DNA of 64,000 nt from Acidobacteriota bacterium (GCA_963666215.2 CAXWPL010000005.1:32001-96000), one strand, 5' to 3'; shown: positions 1 to 11,252, numbered from the stretch's first letter. Numbers and translations: made by a program. Notes: generated from the sequence alone by a model not told the origin.

Positions 1-107
1 TTGCCGATGGCCGCGGTCGTGAACACCAGCAGGCCCGGATCGACCGCGCCCGCGACTTTCGGCGGTGCGGCCGCCGTTGGCGTGCTGATATCTGCTGTAT
101 CGCTCAT
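1..107 (-). CDS. N-terminus of a CDS running off the window; possibly an A-type Fe-S carrier (HesB/IscA-like)
   Basis: ATG at 107 with GGAG upstream; MSDTADISTPTAAAPPKVAGAVDPGLLVFTTAAIG weakly recalls the IscA 'ITLTxxA' start. Too short to be sure. Confidence 0.3.
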   Translation of the reverse strand, partial: MSDTADISTPTAAAPPKVAGAVDPGLLVFTTAAIG

Positions 108-190
108 CTTGTTGTTGGCTCCATCGTGGGCAGTTGCTCGTTGATCTGAGCTCAGGATAGCGGCCGGTGCAGGAACCGACAAGACCGATG

Positions 191-1252
191 TCACAACAGC
201 ACAACGCCGAGATCCATCTGCTCCGCGATGTTGGCGGCCACAAGCAGCGCCCCCAGATCCGCGAGCGCCGTACCGACACTCTTGAACAGAGTGATCTCGT
301 TGCCGGCACAGCGGCGTGGCCTCGAGCCCGTGCCACCACCCACCATCGTCTGCAGGTCCGCCTCGATTCCCTCCCGGCCTGGCTCGATCAGGCCCTCCTC
401 GGCCGTCAGCAAGAGCTCGCCCGCCTCATGCAAAGCACCCTCGTAGGTATCGACGAAACGGCGCGCTCGGGCCACCGTCTCGCTGGCGAGCTCGCGACCG
501 GTCACGGAAAAATTACCCACGGCGTTGATGTGCGCGCCGTCGGCAATCGCCGCGTCGGCGACAACCGGCAGCAGCGATGTTGTGGCGCAAGTCAGCACGT
601 CGGCCGCGGCGGCAACGTCGGCGGCGTTGTCGAAGACCTCGACGGCGAGATCCGGCAGATCGCGTTCCAGTTGCACCGCAAGGGCACGCGCTTTGTGCAG
701 ACTCCGACTGTTCAACAAGACCCGCTCGATCGGTCGCACGGCCAGCACCGCTGCAACAAGGTCGTCGGCCAGCGCGCCGGTACCAATCAGTCCGAACGTC
801 GAAGACTCCGGTCGCGCGAGAATGTCGGTGGCGAGACCGGTGAGTGCTCCCGTACGCCGTGTCGTCAGCAGCCCGCCGTCCACCATCAAGCGCGGAGCCC
901 CGGTGGCCGCATCGATCAGCATCGCCGTACCCTGGATGGCGGGCAGATCTCGGCTCGGGTTGCCCGGCAAAAAGCTCGCCGACTTCACGGCGAAGCCGTG
1001 GCCAACCCACGAAGCGGCCATCGACACGAACACGGCCCTGAGCTCGGCGGGGATCTCGGCCGGGACCTCAGCGTCGCCCATCACCGACGCGGGGAGTTCC
1101 GCACGCGGTGGCTTCACCGTCTCCACCAGGTGGGTGCGCGGAGGCGACGCGGTCTCGCCTGCAGCCGCGGCCTCGGAAACGGTCTTCAGCGCGCCGATAG
1201 CCGTCGCCATCGGAAGAGCTCGATCCAGCTGCGCGGGGGTGAGATACCGCAT
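191..1252 (-). CDS. Ornithine cyclodeaminase / mu-crystallin family protein
   Basis: Motifs LTTRRTGA, GLIGTGALA (Rossmann), CATTS, GAHINAVG, ITLFKSVGTALADL. Confidence 0.9.
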   Translation of the reverse strand: MRYLTPAQLDRALPMATAIGALKTVSEAAAAGETASPPRTHLVETVKPPRAELPASVMGDAEVPAEIPAELRAVFVSMAASWVGHGFAVKSASFLPGNPSRDLPAIQGTAMLIDAATGAPRLMVDGGLLTTRRTGALTGLATDILARPESSTFGLIGTGALADDLVAAVLAVRPIERVLLNSRSLHKARALAVQLERDLPDLAVEVFDNAADVAAAADVLTCATTSLLPVVADAAIADGAHINAVGNFSVTGRELASETVARARRFVDTYEGALHEAGELLLTAEEGLIEPGREGIEADLQTMVGGGTGSRPRRCAGNEITLFKSVGTALADLGALLVAANIAEQMDLGVVLL

Positions 1253-1314
1253 AACCGATAACCTCTCACCGGTGCTTGGCGAGCAGAGAAGAGTGAACCT
1301 GTCGGCGAACCTGA

Positions 1315-3573
1315 CTATGGATCCTGCTGCTCGCGCTGCAGTTGCACACGGTCTACTTGCGCCAAGCGGGCTCGCGCGCGCGGAGCCACCAGCGGACCGT
1401 CGTTGTGGAACAGAGTGGCGTGTGGGTTGGCCGCGGCACGCTGGAACGCGGACCGCGCCGCGTCCAGGTCGCCTCCCTCGGCGGCCAAGAGGGCCAACCC
1501 CAGCCAGTAATCAACCGCGGCATTCCCGAAGGGAGCATCCTGCGGCGCGTCGATGCTCTGCAAGACGCTCGCGGCCTCGCCCCACGACCCGGCGCGCATC
1601 AATACACCTGCCATCGTCATGCGCAGAATCCAGCGTGGAACGATACCGGCGTCGCGTTCGTCGGCCGTGCGCGCCGCCGCCCAGACCACCGCTTCTGCGC
1701 GGCTGCGATCGGTCAAGGGCGCAACCTGCGGGCCGCTACGCAGCGAAACGGTGAGGCTGCCGCGATCTTCGCCGCGGCGATACTCGAAGCGCAGCGCTGA
1801 AAACGCGTCGTGACCGTCGAGCGCGTCGAGCACGGCGGCGACGGTAGCTGTCCGAGCGCTGTCGACTGTCAGAATCTCGTCGCCCACCTCGAGGCCCGCT
1901 CTCTCTGCCGGCCCGTTGGGTGCAACGTCGACGACGATCGGACCAGCGCCCAACTCGCTATCGATCATTCGCGCTCCGAGCCAGATCAACGGGCCCGGCA
2001 GCGCTCGATCCAGATCGGCGACGAATGAGCGCAGCGCGTCGCGATCGTCGAACGGCAACACCTTTGCGCTCGGCGAGCCTACCGCGCCGCCGGCTGCCCA
2101 TGTCCAGAGCGTGTAGCTCGAGCTGGACCGCTCGTCCGAAAGCTCGGCGAACACCAGCAGGGCCGCTGAAACCTGCGCTTCGATGCGCTCTCGTGCCCCG
2201 CGCCACTGTCGCGTGTTGCCGCGTCGCACGCTGCCGAGCATATCGGCGTCGACTCCCACCTGCCGCAGCGCCCGGCCAGCGCTTCGATCGAGGAGGAACC
2301 ACTCCTCGCTGGCCGAAAGCCCTCGGGCAATCTCGCCGCGCACCGAGTCGCGGCCGATCTCGTCGCCGCCGACGACACCGATGAAGGCCAGTCCGGCGCG
2401 CAGATCGATATCGATCGTCAGCGTGTCGCCCTCGCCAATCGATACGTCGCGCTCGAACACATCGCTGTTGTGCGACACGACGATCTGATGATCACCAACC
2501 GAAAGGGTCACGCGCGGCGGTGTGCCGGCCGCTCCCTGCGGCTGCACCTGCTCGCCGTCGATCACCAGGCGTGCGCCCTCGGGTAGACCACGAAGCACCA
2601 CAAGCCCTTCCGACCGGGCCAGCGACACGACCCCCAAGCTGTAATCGGCCAGGTCGGGAAAATCGGCGCGCGAGCGGTATGTTCGATAGCCGTCGCGACG
2701 CAGCTCCACCTCGTGTGACCCGGGCAAAAGACCGTCGATGCGCAACGGCGCCGACGCCGCTCCCGCCGCGCTGTCGGCCGTGTCGACCAGCCGCCAATCG
2801 GGCGTCGCCGGTCGAGTCTCGCCGACCGGCTGGCCATCGATCAGCACCGTCACGCCGGCAGGAATGGTGGCAATCTGCACCGCCGTGCTGGAGCGCTCCA
2901 GAACAAGGCCGACTGCTTCCACGCGATTGGCCGTCACCTCGGCCTCGACGCGCAGGGAGGCATGGCCGGATCTTTCGGCGACAATCACGTGGTCGCCGGC
3001 GAGCACCGACAGAAGGTCGGGGATCGGCTCGAGCACGCGTCCGTCGATCTCGACCTCCGCGTCGGCCGGGAGAACCGAGATCCGCAGGAAGCCCACCTTG
3101 CGCTCGCGGCGCACCTCCATGCGGTCGGCGAGACGCGCCGGCGTGGTGTCGTTGTTGAACTCGAACGTCGGATCGAGATCGATGATGCGGTCGAGCTGCG
3201 CGTCGGTCTCACGGCTATCGCGCTCGCCGCTTTCCCAGCGCGCCACTGTTCGATAAACCAGGCTACGCCGTAGCAAGAGCTGCCCTTCGTCGTCGAGCGA
3301 AGACTCGCGCTCCAACGTTTCGACGATGCGATCGAAGAACTCGATCGAATCCTCCCGGCTCGACCGATACACCGTCTCGGCCCGCGCGAACAAAACCCGC
3401 AGGCTCTCCGAAACGAAGCGCTGGCCCGGCTCGGACGTCACCGCGGAGACTGTGGGCGCAAGAACCGGCGGCAGCGCGGCGATGCTAGCCAGCAGGGCCA
3501 CCATCGACCACCGCAAGACTGTCGATCGCCGGCCGCGGCTCGGGTTGGTTCCTGTCGGAATCATCGGGCTCAT
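1315..3573 (-). CDS. Exported PEGA-repeat and PDZ domain protein
   Basis: Signal peptide; PEGA-like repeats (ISVLPADAEVEIDG, IATIPAGVTVLIDG, LPEGARLVIDG); PDZ (VVDVAPNGPAERAGLEVGDEILTVD); helical/TPR-like C-terminus. Confidence 0.75.
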   Translation of the reverse strand: MSPMIPTGTNPSRGRRSTVLRWSMVALLASIAALPPVLAPTVSAVTSEPGQRFVSESLRVLFARAETVYRSSREDSIEFFDRIVETLERESSLDDEGQLLLRRSLVYRTVARWESGERDSRETDAQLDRIIDLDPTFEFNNDTTPARLADRMEVRRERKVGFLRISVLPADAEVEIDGRVLEPIPDLLSVLAGDHVIVAERSGHASLRVEAEVTANRVEAVGLVLERSSTAVQIATIPAGVTVLIDGQPVGETRPATPDWRLVDTADSAAGAASAPLRIDGLLPGSHEVELRRDGYRTYRSRADFPDLADYSLGVVSLARSEGLVVLRGLPEGARLVIDGEQVQPQGAAGTPPRVTLSVGDHQIVVSHNSDVFERDVSIGEGDTLTIDIDLRAGLAFIGVVGGDEIGRDSVRGEIARGLSASEEWFLLDRSAGRALRQVGVDADMLGSVRRGNTRQWRGARERIEAQVSAALLVFAELSDERSSSSYTLWTWAAGGAVGSPSAKVLPFDDRDALRSFVADLDRALPGPLIWLGARMIDSELGAGPIVVDVAPNGPAERAGLEVGDEILTVDSARTATVAAVLDALDGHDAFSALRFEYRRGEDRGSLTVSLRSGPQVAPLTDRSRAEAVVWAAARTADERDAGIVPRWILRMTMAGVLMRAGSWGEAASVLQSIDAPQDAPFGNAAVDYWLGLALLAAEGGDLDAARSAFQRAAANPHATLFHNDGPLVAPRARARLAQVDRVQLQREQQDP

Positions 3574-4916
3574 TCGATCACCACCACAGACGACGAAGAG
3601 CGGTCGACCACATACACCCGCCCACGCCCGTCAACGGCGACGTCACGCGGGCCACGGAGCTCGAGACCGCCCGGCAAGAACGGACCCAAGCGCGCCAGCG
3701 TCTGCCCGTCTGGACCCATCACTTCAATCGATCGGGTATCGCGGTCGAGCACGTACATATTGCCCAGACCATCAACATCGAGCGCCTCGGCGCGCCGCCA
3801 GGGACGCGTGGTCACGACAGCACGATCGCCGCCGCCCACTCCGAACCGGAGCACGGCATTGGCGCGGCGATCGAGCACGTAGAGTCGACTGGTGGCGTCG
3901 ACGGCGAGGTCGACGGGCTGACGGTCTCTGCCGCCGACGACAACGCCTTGGAAGCTGCCATCGGGGCCGAACCGCAAGACCCGCTCCGGATCGTTATCGA
4001 GCAGGTACCACAGGCCGCTGGCCTCGCGCGCGCCAGCCAGCAGAGCCTTCAAAGGCACTGCGCGGCCATTTTGGATTTGCAGGAAACCGACGCGCGGCCC
4101 CCCGAGGGCGATGACGCCAGCCTTCTGGGTCGGCAGGTAGGGCAGTCCATCGATACCCCACCAAGGTCGCCCGTGGTCGTCGTAGCGTAGCCGGCTCACC
4201 GCGTTCCGTTCGACATCGACCAAGGCGACGAACGGCACGCCCTCGTCGATAACCAACAGCTGGCCGTCGCCGCTGGCGGCAATATGCACCGGCTCCTCGA
4301 GATCGAGGCCCGATACCGCTAGCCGGCGCGACGAAGTCCACGGCGCCTCTGCGAGTCGCGGCCGCAGGCGAAAGCGGTGCAGCAGCGTGAGCAAACGCAG
4401 GGCGTCGGCGGCGATGTTGGGGTCCGACTCGGCCGTGTGCCGCGCCGCTGCTGTCACCACGCGCTGCAAGCTGTCGGCCGCGGCCTGCCAGTGCTCGTCG
4501 GCCAACAGCGCGCGCGCCAGCCCGAAGCGCGCGCGACTCGTCCAGGCCGACGGGGGCTCCTCCTCGATGACGACGACGTAGGCCACCACGGCAAGGCTGT
4601 GCTCAGCACTCCTCCAGTGCAGATCTCCGCGCCGCAGGCGCGCCGCCGCGCGCCACTCCAGATCGGGATAGGCGGTGGCCGGAAAGTCCGCGAGAATGCG
4701 ATCGAGGCGTTCCAGCGCCGCCGCCGCGTCGCCGGCGCGTAGCAGGTCCTCGGCTTCCACGAACAGAGCCTCGGCCTCGGCGCCATCGCGTTGACCCGAC
4801 TGGGGAGCCGGCGCCGGCCCGCGCAGAGCAAGGGGGCCCGGCGGCACCGGCTTCATGGCGGCAATCGACACCAGCGCCGCGCACAGGATCGCGCGGCGCC
4901 GCAGCCCTACTCTCAA
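3570..4916 (-). CDS. Exported TPR + NHL-repeat (beta-propeller) protein
   Basis: Likely TTG start overlapping the PP2C stop; signal-like N-terminus, BamD-like TPRs, NHL repeats (PVDLAVDATSRLYVLD, ALDVDGLGNMYVLD, PRDVAVDGRGRVYVVD). Confidence 0.75.
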   Translation of the reverse strand: MRVGLRRRAILCAALVSIAAMKPVPPGPLALRGPAPAPQSGQRDGAEAEALFVEAEDLLRAGDAAAALERLDRILADFPATAYPDLEWRAAARLRRGDLHWRSAEHSLAVVAYVVVIEEEPPSAWTSRARFGLARALLADEHWQAAADSLQRVVTAAARHTAESDPNIAADALRLLTLLHRFRLRPRLAEAPWTSSRRLAVSGLDLEEPVHIAASGDGQLLVIDEGVPFVALVDVERNAVSRLRYDDHGRPWWGIDGLPYLPTQKAGVIALGGPRVGFLQIQNGRAVPLKALLAGAREASGLWYLLDNDPERVLRFGPDGSFQGVVVGGRDRQPVDLAVDATSRLYVLDRRANAVLRFGVGGGDRAVVTTRPWRRAEALDVDGLGNMYVLDRDTRSIEVMGPDGQTLARLGPFLPGGLELRGPRDVAVDGRGRVYVVDRSSSSVVVIE

Positions 4917-5668
4917 ACGTCCTCGCACATTACAACCACTACGGTGATGTTGTCGTGACCGTCGCGGTCGCAGGCGCGGTCGACGAGCGTCCGGCACGCC
5001 GCCGCCGCGTCGGACGCTTCACCCACCACCTCGGCGATCTCGTCGGCGTCGACCGACGGTGACATGCCGTCTGAAGCCATCACGTACACATCACCGGCCG
5101 CCACGTCGCCGGTAAGCATATCGACCTCGAGCTCGTCGCTGACGCCCAAACAGCGACTCAGCAGGTTGCGCATGGGGTGTATCGCCGCGTCCTCCAAGGA
5201 CAGCACTCCGTCGCGAACCTGCGGGGCTACGACGGTGTGATCTTGGGTGAGCTGGTGAATCTCGCCGTCGCGAACCCGCCAGGCCCGGGTGTCGCCCACA
5301 TGTCCGATCAACAGGGCATGGGGTTCCAGAACGATCGCGGTGAGCGTGGTCCCCATCCCTTCCCGGTCAGGGTCTTCGGCCTCCTCGAGAATCTGCCGGT
5401 TCGCCTCGCCAAATGCGTCGAGCAGGACCTCGGAGTCGACCGCGCGGCCGCTGTTGAATGCATTACGTAGAGTCTCGTTGACAATGTCGATCGCCAACCC
5501 ACTCGCGACCTCCCCGGCGTTGTGTCCGCCTAGGCCATCAGCCACTGCGAACAGGCCCACGCGCAGGTCGATACGCGAATAGTCCTCGTTGTGCTCGCGA
5601 ACCTTGCCGACTGTGGAGTACGAGCCGGCATTGATTCGCCAAGGTAACGCCCAACCGTTTTCACGCAT
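4913..5668 (-). CDS. PP2C-family Ser/Thr protein phosphatase (Stp1/PrpC type)
   Basis: REHNED, VADGLGGH, GMGTT, HVGDTR, SDG, DGHDNIT motifs. Confidence 0.95.
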   Translation of the reverse strand: MRENGWALPWRINAGSYSTVGKVREHNEDYSRIDLRVGLFAVADGLGGHNAGEVASGLAIDIVNETLRNAFNSGRAVDSEVLLDAFGEANRQILEEAEDPDREGMGTTLTAIVLEPHALLIGHVGDTRAWRVRDGEIHQLTQDHTVVAPQVRDGVLSLEDAAIHPMRNLLSRCLGVSDELEVDMLTGDVAAGDVYVMASDGMSPSVDADEIAEVVGEASDAAAACRTLVDRACDRDGHDNITVVVVMCEDV

Positions 5669-5863
5669 ACTCGAGGTTTCGTGACACTTTCGGGCAAACT
5701 GGTTTGCGTACAGGAGGGCGATTCAAACGATCTTCTTGCGGCCTGCACCACCTGTCAATCACACACGATGGAAGCGACGGGCTGATATTCTGGCGCCTGC
5801 CAGATGCGAAGCTGACGACAGCGTGCAGGGTAGGATCCTAGCCTGCGCGGTAGGAGAGCACTC

Positions 5864-6277
5864 ATGCCCAGCGACGAAGCGCCTGTCGGCGCCGCCGCGG
5901 ATGCCGCGGCAAGCACCGGACCGCCCCCCGCCGATCCGGCGACGTGTAGGGCGATCGCCATCTCCCAGGAGGCGCTCGAGACGTCGGTTCTCGACGGCGA
6001 GTGGAAAGACACCGACTTCCTCTTCTACCTGGAGCCTGCCGGCGTTTTGAACGTGCGGCTCGTTTGCTCGCGCACGCCACGCGACGAAAAGCTCCCGGCC
6101 GGCATTCTCATGACCCGAGCTGGCCGTGAGGCAAGAACCGTCTTCTTCGATGACGGCGTCAACCCCGAGTCCTACGAGCTGAGCTTTCCCAAGGAATTCG
6201 GGTATGTGAAGTCGATTCAGCACTACGAGCCTGAGTCGCGCGAACACGCGAAATACCCCTGGGCCAAGAAGTACTGA
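5864..6277 (+). CDS. Hypothetical protein
   Basis: AGGAG RBS before ATG, host-like codon usage, no recognised motif. Confidence 0.6.
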   Translation: MPSDEAPVGAAADAAASTGPPPADPATCRAIAISQEALETSVLDGEWKDTDFLFYLEPAGVLNVRLVCSRTPRDEKLPAGILMTRAGREARTVFFDDGVNPESYELSFPKEFGYVKSIQHYEPESREHAKYPWAKKY

Positions 6278-6341
6278 TCGCTCGACGCCTCCGACCCGCG
6301 CCGCCTGGCTAGCAGCGGAGGAAGCGCGGAGCTCGGAAAAG

Positions 6342-6372
6342 TTGAGAAAAGTGTCAGGATTTCGTATCCTGA
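6342..6372 (+). promoter_or_regulatory. Putative sigma70 promoter of the suf operon overlapped by a palindromic operator
   Basis: TTGAGA(6342-6347)-N17-TATCCT(6365-6370); perfect inverted repeat TCAGGAT-ttcgt-ATCCTGA at 6354-6372. Confidence 0.6.
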
Positions 6373-6500
6373 TAGCTACTGACGAGTCCGAGCACTCCCT
6401 TTCGACTTCTAGTGGCCTGCCGGGCTCTTGTTCTTCGGCCGCCGTCCGGGCGCGCTTCTCGCCCCTGGCCGCGCTCGCAACCACATCGGGAACGATCGAA

Positions 6501-7043
6501 GTGAAAATCACCGCACTGGAGAAGTACGGTCTCCGCTGCATGATTCAGCTCGCGACCGCCGAACCGGGCCAACCGATCACGGTGGCCTATGTGGCCGAGC
6601 GCGAAGGCCTTTCGCCCGAGTACGCTGGCAAGCTCCTGAATCTCTTGGGCCAGGCACAGCTGGTGAGCAGCGTCCGAGGTCGCAACGGCGGCTTTGTGCT
6701 CACCAAGACCGCCGACGAGATCAGTCTCGCCGAGATCGTCGGCGCGCTGTCGGACGGCCTGTTCGACGCCCAGTACTGTCAGCGCTACAGCGGCATCGAG
6801 GACAACTGCGTGCACCTGTCCTCGTGCTCTCTCCGTCCCGTGTGGTGGACGCTCTCGCAGATGATCCAGCGGACACTAGAACGCGTCAGCTTGATAGATC
6901 TCATGCAAACGGAGCGTCAAGTCCGGCGCGGACTTCGCACACACCTCGAGACCACCGAGGCCACGATCGACATCGCTCGCCCCAGGTCCCTTTCGGATGG
7001 GGCACCGAGATTGCACGAGTTGCAGATCAGCGACGAACGCTGA
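6501..7043 (+). CDS. Rrf2-family transcriptional regulator of the SUF operon
   Basis: GTG start MKITALEKYGLR; wHTH with SVRGRNGGFVL; three C-terminal Cys (CQRYSGIEDNCVHLSSC). Confidence 0.9.
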   Translation: MKITALEKYGLRCMIQLATAEPGQPITVAYVAEREGLSPEYAGKLLNLLGQAQLVSSVRGRNGGFVLTKTADEISLAEIVGALSDGLFDAQYCQRYSGIEDNCVHLSSCSLRPVWWTLSQMIQRTLERVSLIDLMQTERQVRRGLRTHLETTEATIDIARPRSLSDGAPRLHELQISDER

Positions 7044-7172
7044 GGCGATTCGGAGCGCTACGGCGCGAAGTTGCGCCGATTCCGCCCGAGCTCACCTCAA
7101 CACAACGCCGCAGCGTTCGAACCACGACCCAACCCCCCAGAAAACAAATCCACGAAGTTCTAGGAGCAGTTC

Positions 7173-7997
7173 ATGAGTGACGAGGGGCCACTGTTCGAAG
7201 CGCGCGGCCTGCGTGTGGCGATCGAGGGCAAAGAGATCCTGCGCGGCGTCGATCTGACGATCAACCGCGGCGAGGTGCACGCGCTGATGGGCCGCAACGG
7301 CTCGGGCAAGAGCACCCTCGCCTACGTCGCGTTGGGTCACCCCCACTACGAAGTACTCGGCGGTCAGATTCTCTACAAGGGCGTCGACGTGACCGAGCTC
7401 GACACCGACGTGCGCGCCCGCATGGGGATGTTCCTGGCCTTCCAGTACCCCATGGCGATTCCCGGCGTGACCGTCTCCAAGTTCATGCACTCGGCCCTGA
7501 AGGCGCGTGCCACAGACAACGGCGACGACTCCAACAGCTCCAATGGTCAGGGCTCTTTCAAGACCGCCGGAACCATACCGATCCGCGAATTCCGCCAGAA
7601 CCTCACCAAGGCAATGGACCTGCTTGGCGTCGACAAATCGTTCACCGGACGCTACGTCAACGACGGCTTCTCGGGCGGCGAGAAGAAGCGTCTCGAGATC
7701 CTGCAGATGTTCATGCTGCAGCCCGAGTTCTCGATTCTCGACGAAACCGACTCCGGCCTCGACATCGACGCCCTCAAGACGGTCGCCGAGGGCGTCAACG
7801 CGACGCGCTCGCCCGAACGCTCGCATCTGGTCATCACGCACTACCAACGCGTTCTCAACTACATCGAGCCCGACGTCGTGCACGTGATGATGGACGGCAA
7901 GATTGTGCGCACCGGCGGTCCCGAGCTGTCGCAAGCGCTCGAAGAGCAAGGCTACGAGTGGCTCGAGGATGAGCTGCTCCAACCCGCGGGGAAATAA
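7173..7997 (+). CDS. sufC: Fe-S cluster assembly ATPase SufC
   Basis: [35 protein letters not shown]. Confidence 0.97.
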   Translation: MSDEGPLFEARGLRVAIEGKEILRGVDLTINRGEVHALMGRNGSGKSTLAYVALGHPHYEVLGGQILYKGVDVTELDTDVRARMGMFLAFQYPMAIPGVTVSKFMHSALKARATDNGDDSNSSNGQGSFKTAGTIPIREFRQNLTKAMDLLGVDKSFTGRYVNDGFSGGEKKRLEILQMFMLQPEFSILDETDSGLDIDALKTVAEGVNATRSPERSHLVITHYQRVLNYIEPDVVHVMMDGKIVRTGGPELSQALEEQGYEWLEDELLQPAGK

Positions 7998-7999
7998 AC

Positions 8000-9439
8000 A
8001 TGGCCCAATCTCAAGAGACCCAAGAAGTGGTCGACAAGACCGACGTCAGCGGCATCAACGACGACTACAAATACGGCTTTCACGATCCCGAGGTCTCGGT
8101 CTTCAAGGTCGACAAGGGCCTTACCGCCGACACCGTGCGTGCGATATCCGCCAAGAAGGAAGAGCCCGCCTGGATGACCGAATTCCGTCTCGAGGCGTTC
8201 AAGACCTTCCAGGAAAAACCGATGCCGAAGTGGGGCAACACCAGCCTCCTCAACAGCATCGACTTCGACGAGATCTACTACTACCTCAAGCCCGCCGAGC
8301 AGATGGAAAACTCGTGGGACGACGTCCCGGAGTACATCAAGAACACCTTCGAGAAGCTCGGGATTCCCGAGGCCGAGCGCAAGTTCCTCGCCGGGGTGTC
8401 GGCGCAGTACGAGTCGGAGGTCGTCTACCACTCGCTGCAGGAAGAGATCGAGAAGCAGGGTGTCATCTTCACCGACATGGACACCGGGCTACGCGAGTAC
8501 GAGGACCTCGTCAAGAAGTACTGGGCGACGGTCATTCCGCCGGCCGACAACAAGTTCGCGGCGCTGAACTCGTCGGTGTGGTCGGGCGGCTCGTTCGTCT
8601 ACATCCCACCCGGCGTCGAGGTAACGATGCCTCTGCAGGCCTACTTCCGCATCAACTCCGAGAACATGGGCCAGTTCGAGCGCACGATGATCATCGCCGA
8701 CGAAGGCTCGCGGGTTCACTACATCGAGGGCTGCACGGCGCCGACCTACGTCGCCGACTCACTCCACTCTGCCGTGGTTGAGTTGATAGCCCTGCCCGGC
8801 TCGCACCTGCGCTACACCACCATTCAGAACTGGTCGAAGAACGTCTACAACCTGGTCACCAAGCGCGCGATCGCATACGAGAATGCCACGGTCGAGTGGG
8901 TTGACGGCAATCTCGGATCGAAGCTGACGATGAAGTTCCCCTGCGTCTACCTCGTTGGCGAGGGCGCCCACGGAGAGATTCTTTCGGTGGCGTTCTCCAA
9001 CGCCGGGCAGCACCAGGACGCCGGCGCCAAGATCTACCACGTCGCCCCCAACACCACGTCGAGAATCACGTCGAAGTCGATCTCCAAGGGCGGCGGGCGC
9101 TCGTCGTACCGCGGCATGGTGAAGGTTTACCCGGGTGCGGTCGGCTCGAAGGTGCACGTCGAATGCGACGCCCTGCTGATGGACAAGGACTCGCGCTCCG
9201 ACACCTACCCGACGATGGAAATCGCCGAGGAGCAGGTGCAGGTCGAGCACGAGGCCAGGGTCTCGAAGGTCGGCGACGAGCAGCTGTTTTATCTGATGAG
9301 CAGGGGCCTAACTGAAGAAGAAGCCTTGGTCATGGTGGTGAACGGCTTCATCGAGCCCTTCGTCAAGGAGCTCCCGATGGAGTACGCCGTGGAGCTCAAC
9401 CGTTTGATCCAGCTCGAGATGGAAGGATCCGTCGGATGA
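8000..9439 (+). CDS. sufB: Fe-S cluster assembly protein SufB
   Basis: [22 protein letters not shown]-terminal LEMEGSVG. Confidence 0.97.
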   Translation: MAQSQETQEVVDKTDVSGINDDYKYGFHDPEVSVFKVDKGLTADTVRAISAKKEEPAWMTEFRLEAFKTFQEKPMPKWGNTSLLNSIDFDEIYYYLKPAEQMENSWDDVPEYIKNTFEKLGIPEAERKFLAGVSAQYESEVVYHSLQEEIEKQGVIFTDMDTGLREYEDLVKKYWATVIPPADNKFAALNSSVWSGGSFVYIPPGVEVTMPLQAYFRINSENMGQFERTMIIADEGSRVHYIEGCTAPTYVADSLHSAVVELIALPGSHLRYTTIQNWSKNVYNLVTKRAIAYENATVEWVDGNLGSKLTMKFPCVYLVGEGAHGEILSVAFSNAGQHQDAGAKIYHVAPNTTSRITSKSISKGGGRSSYRGMVKVYPGAVGSKVHVECDALLMDKDSRSDTYPTMEIAEEQVQVEHEARVSKVGDEQLFYLMSRGLTEEEALVMVVNGFIEPFVKELPMEYAVELNRLIQLEMEGSVG

Positions 9440-10863
9440 CTGTGGCGTTGGAGGAAACCGAGCCGGCCCGCTCGCAGAATTCGACGGGGTCGCCCGATCC
9501 GGCGGCCTCGACGAAGACCGGGCCCGACGCCGTTCGGGCGCTCGCCCAATCGGGTGGAGAGCCCGTGTGGCTGGCCGAGCGCCGTTTGGCGGCGTGGGAC
9601 AGCTACGAGGCGGCCCCCCTACCCGACCGCGTGACCCATCTGTGGCGATACAGCGAGCCCGAGCGATTTCTGCTCGACAGGGCCAAGTCGCTGGAGCTGC
9701 TGGGCTCGTCGGGGGAATCGGGCACCGACGACGGTCTGGGCGATAACGGCCAGCCTGTGGCCGATGAAGCCTCCGGCAACGGACTGGCGGGCGAGATTAC
9801 CGTCGACAACGGCAACGTCACACGCCTGGCGCTGGCCAGCGAGCACTGGGACGCCGGCGTCGTGCTCAGCGACCTGCGAACCGCGGCCACGACCCACGAA
9901 GAGCTCGTGCAGCGGCATCTCGGGTCGATCATCGACGGCGACGCTGACGGAGCCGGAAAGTTCGAGGCCCTCAACGCCGCCCTGTTCGAGCGTGGAGTTT
10001 TTCTGTACATCCCGCGCAACGTAACGGTTGAAGCACCGATCCGGCTGCGCTGGAGTGTCGATCGCGACCTTTCGGCCGCCTTCCCGCGACTGCTGATCGT
10101 CCTCGAAGAGGGCGCCCAGGCCACACTGATCGACGAGTACGGCAACAGCGGCGCCGGCTCAGCGGCGAGCACGGCCCCTCGCTGCCTGGCGAACTGCGTT
10201 GTAGAGGGCTCGCTCGGTGCCAACTCGCGATTGACCTACGTGAACATCCAGCGCTGGGGAAACCGGACACGGAGTCATGCGCGACAGCGATTCGAGGTCG
10301 GGCGCGACGCGGCCGTCGCCACGATCAATCTCGGCCTCGGCGGGCGCTACAACAAGTCCGACATCAGCAACGTGCAGGCCGGCCCGAACGCACAGGCCGA
10401 GATGATTGGCGTGGTTTACGGTAGCGGCGGTCAGCATTTCGACTACCGCACCGAGCACATCCACCGCGCCAGCCACAGCCGCTCCGACATGGACTTCAAG
10501 GTGGTGCTCGAAAACGAGGCGCACTCGGTCTACACCGGCCTGATCCGCATCGACCTCGAAGCCGCCCATTGCGAGGCCTATCAGGAAAACCGCAATCTGA
10601 TGCTCGACCCGACCTGCCGAGCCGAGTCGATCCCCGAGCTCGAGATCCTCAACGAGGAGGTGCGCTGCACGCACGGCGCCACGGTGGGGCCGATCGACGA
10701 GGACCAGGTCTACTACCTGCGCACCAGAGGCCTGTCGCTCCGTGAAGCCGAGCGCTTGATCGTCGAGGGCTTCTTCGGCCCGGCGCTCGACCGCATCGAC
10801 GACGAGAGCCTGCGCACGGAGCTCTGGGACATGATCGATGCCAAGATCGAGGGGCGGCTGTGA
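9436..10863 (+). CDS. sufD: Fe-S cluster assembly protein SufD
   Basis: [26 protein letters not shown]; follows sufB. Confidence 0.93.
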   Translation: MTVALEETEPARSQNSTGSPDPAASTKTGPDAVRALAQSGGEPVWLAERRLAAWDSYEAAPLPDRVTHLWRYSEPERFLLDRAKSLELLGSSGESGTDDGLGDNGQPVADEASGNGLAGEITVDNGNVTRLALASEHWDAGVVLSDLRTAATTHEELVQRHLGSIIDGDADGAGKFEALNAALFERGVFLYIPRNVTVEAPIRLRWSVDRDLSAAFPRLLIVLEEGAQATLIDEYGNSGAGSAASTAPRCLANCVVEGSLGANSRLTYVNIQRWGNRTRSHARQRFEVGRDAAVATINLGLGGRYNKSDISNVQAGPNAQAEMIGVVYGSGGQHFDYRTEHIHRASHSRSDMDFKVVLENEAHSVYTGLIRIDLEAAHCEAYQENRNLMLDPTCRAESIPELEILNEEVRCTHGATVGPIDEDQVYYLRTRGLSLREAERLIVEGFFGPALDRIDDESLRTELWDMIDAKIEGRL

Positions 10864-11234
10864 TGGCGACTGCGAGCGCAGAGTTGGCCACATGGGTGGA
10901 TGTTGCGGCGTCCGAAGATATTCCGGAAGGCGAAGCACGGCCGTTCACCGCGGGCGACGAGCGCGTTGCCATCTGTCGCGCTGAGGGCAACCTGTACGCT
11001 GTGCAAGACCTTTGCAGTCACGACGACGGCCCGCTCGGCGAAGGCCAGCTCGAAGACTTCTGGATCGAGTGCCCGCGCCACGGGGCACGCTTCGATGTCC
11101 GAGACGGATCGGTGGCCTCGATGCCGGCGATCGTCCCGATAGGGACGTTCGAGGTCCGCGAACAGGGCGGGCGCGTGCAGGTGGAGGTGGCGGTAGCAAC
11201 CGCAGCTGCGGCTCGAACCGACGACGACTGGTAA
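10863..11234 (+). CDS. Rieske-type [2Fe-2S] ferredoxin
   Basis: CSH...CPRH ligands. Confidence 0.92.
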   Translation: MATASAELATWVDVAASEDIPEGEARPFTAGDERVAICRAEGNLYAVQDLCSHDDGPLGEGQLEDFWIECPRHGARFDVRDGSVASMPAIVPIGTFEVREQGGRVQVEVAVATAAAARTDDDW

Positions 11235-11252
11235 GGTCGAGTCCCCGAGGCC

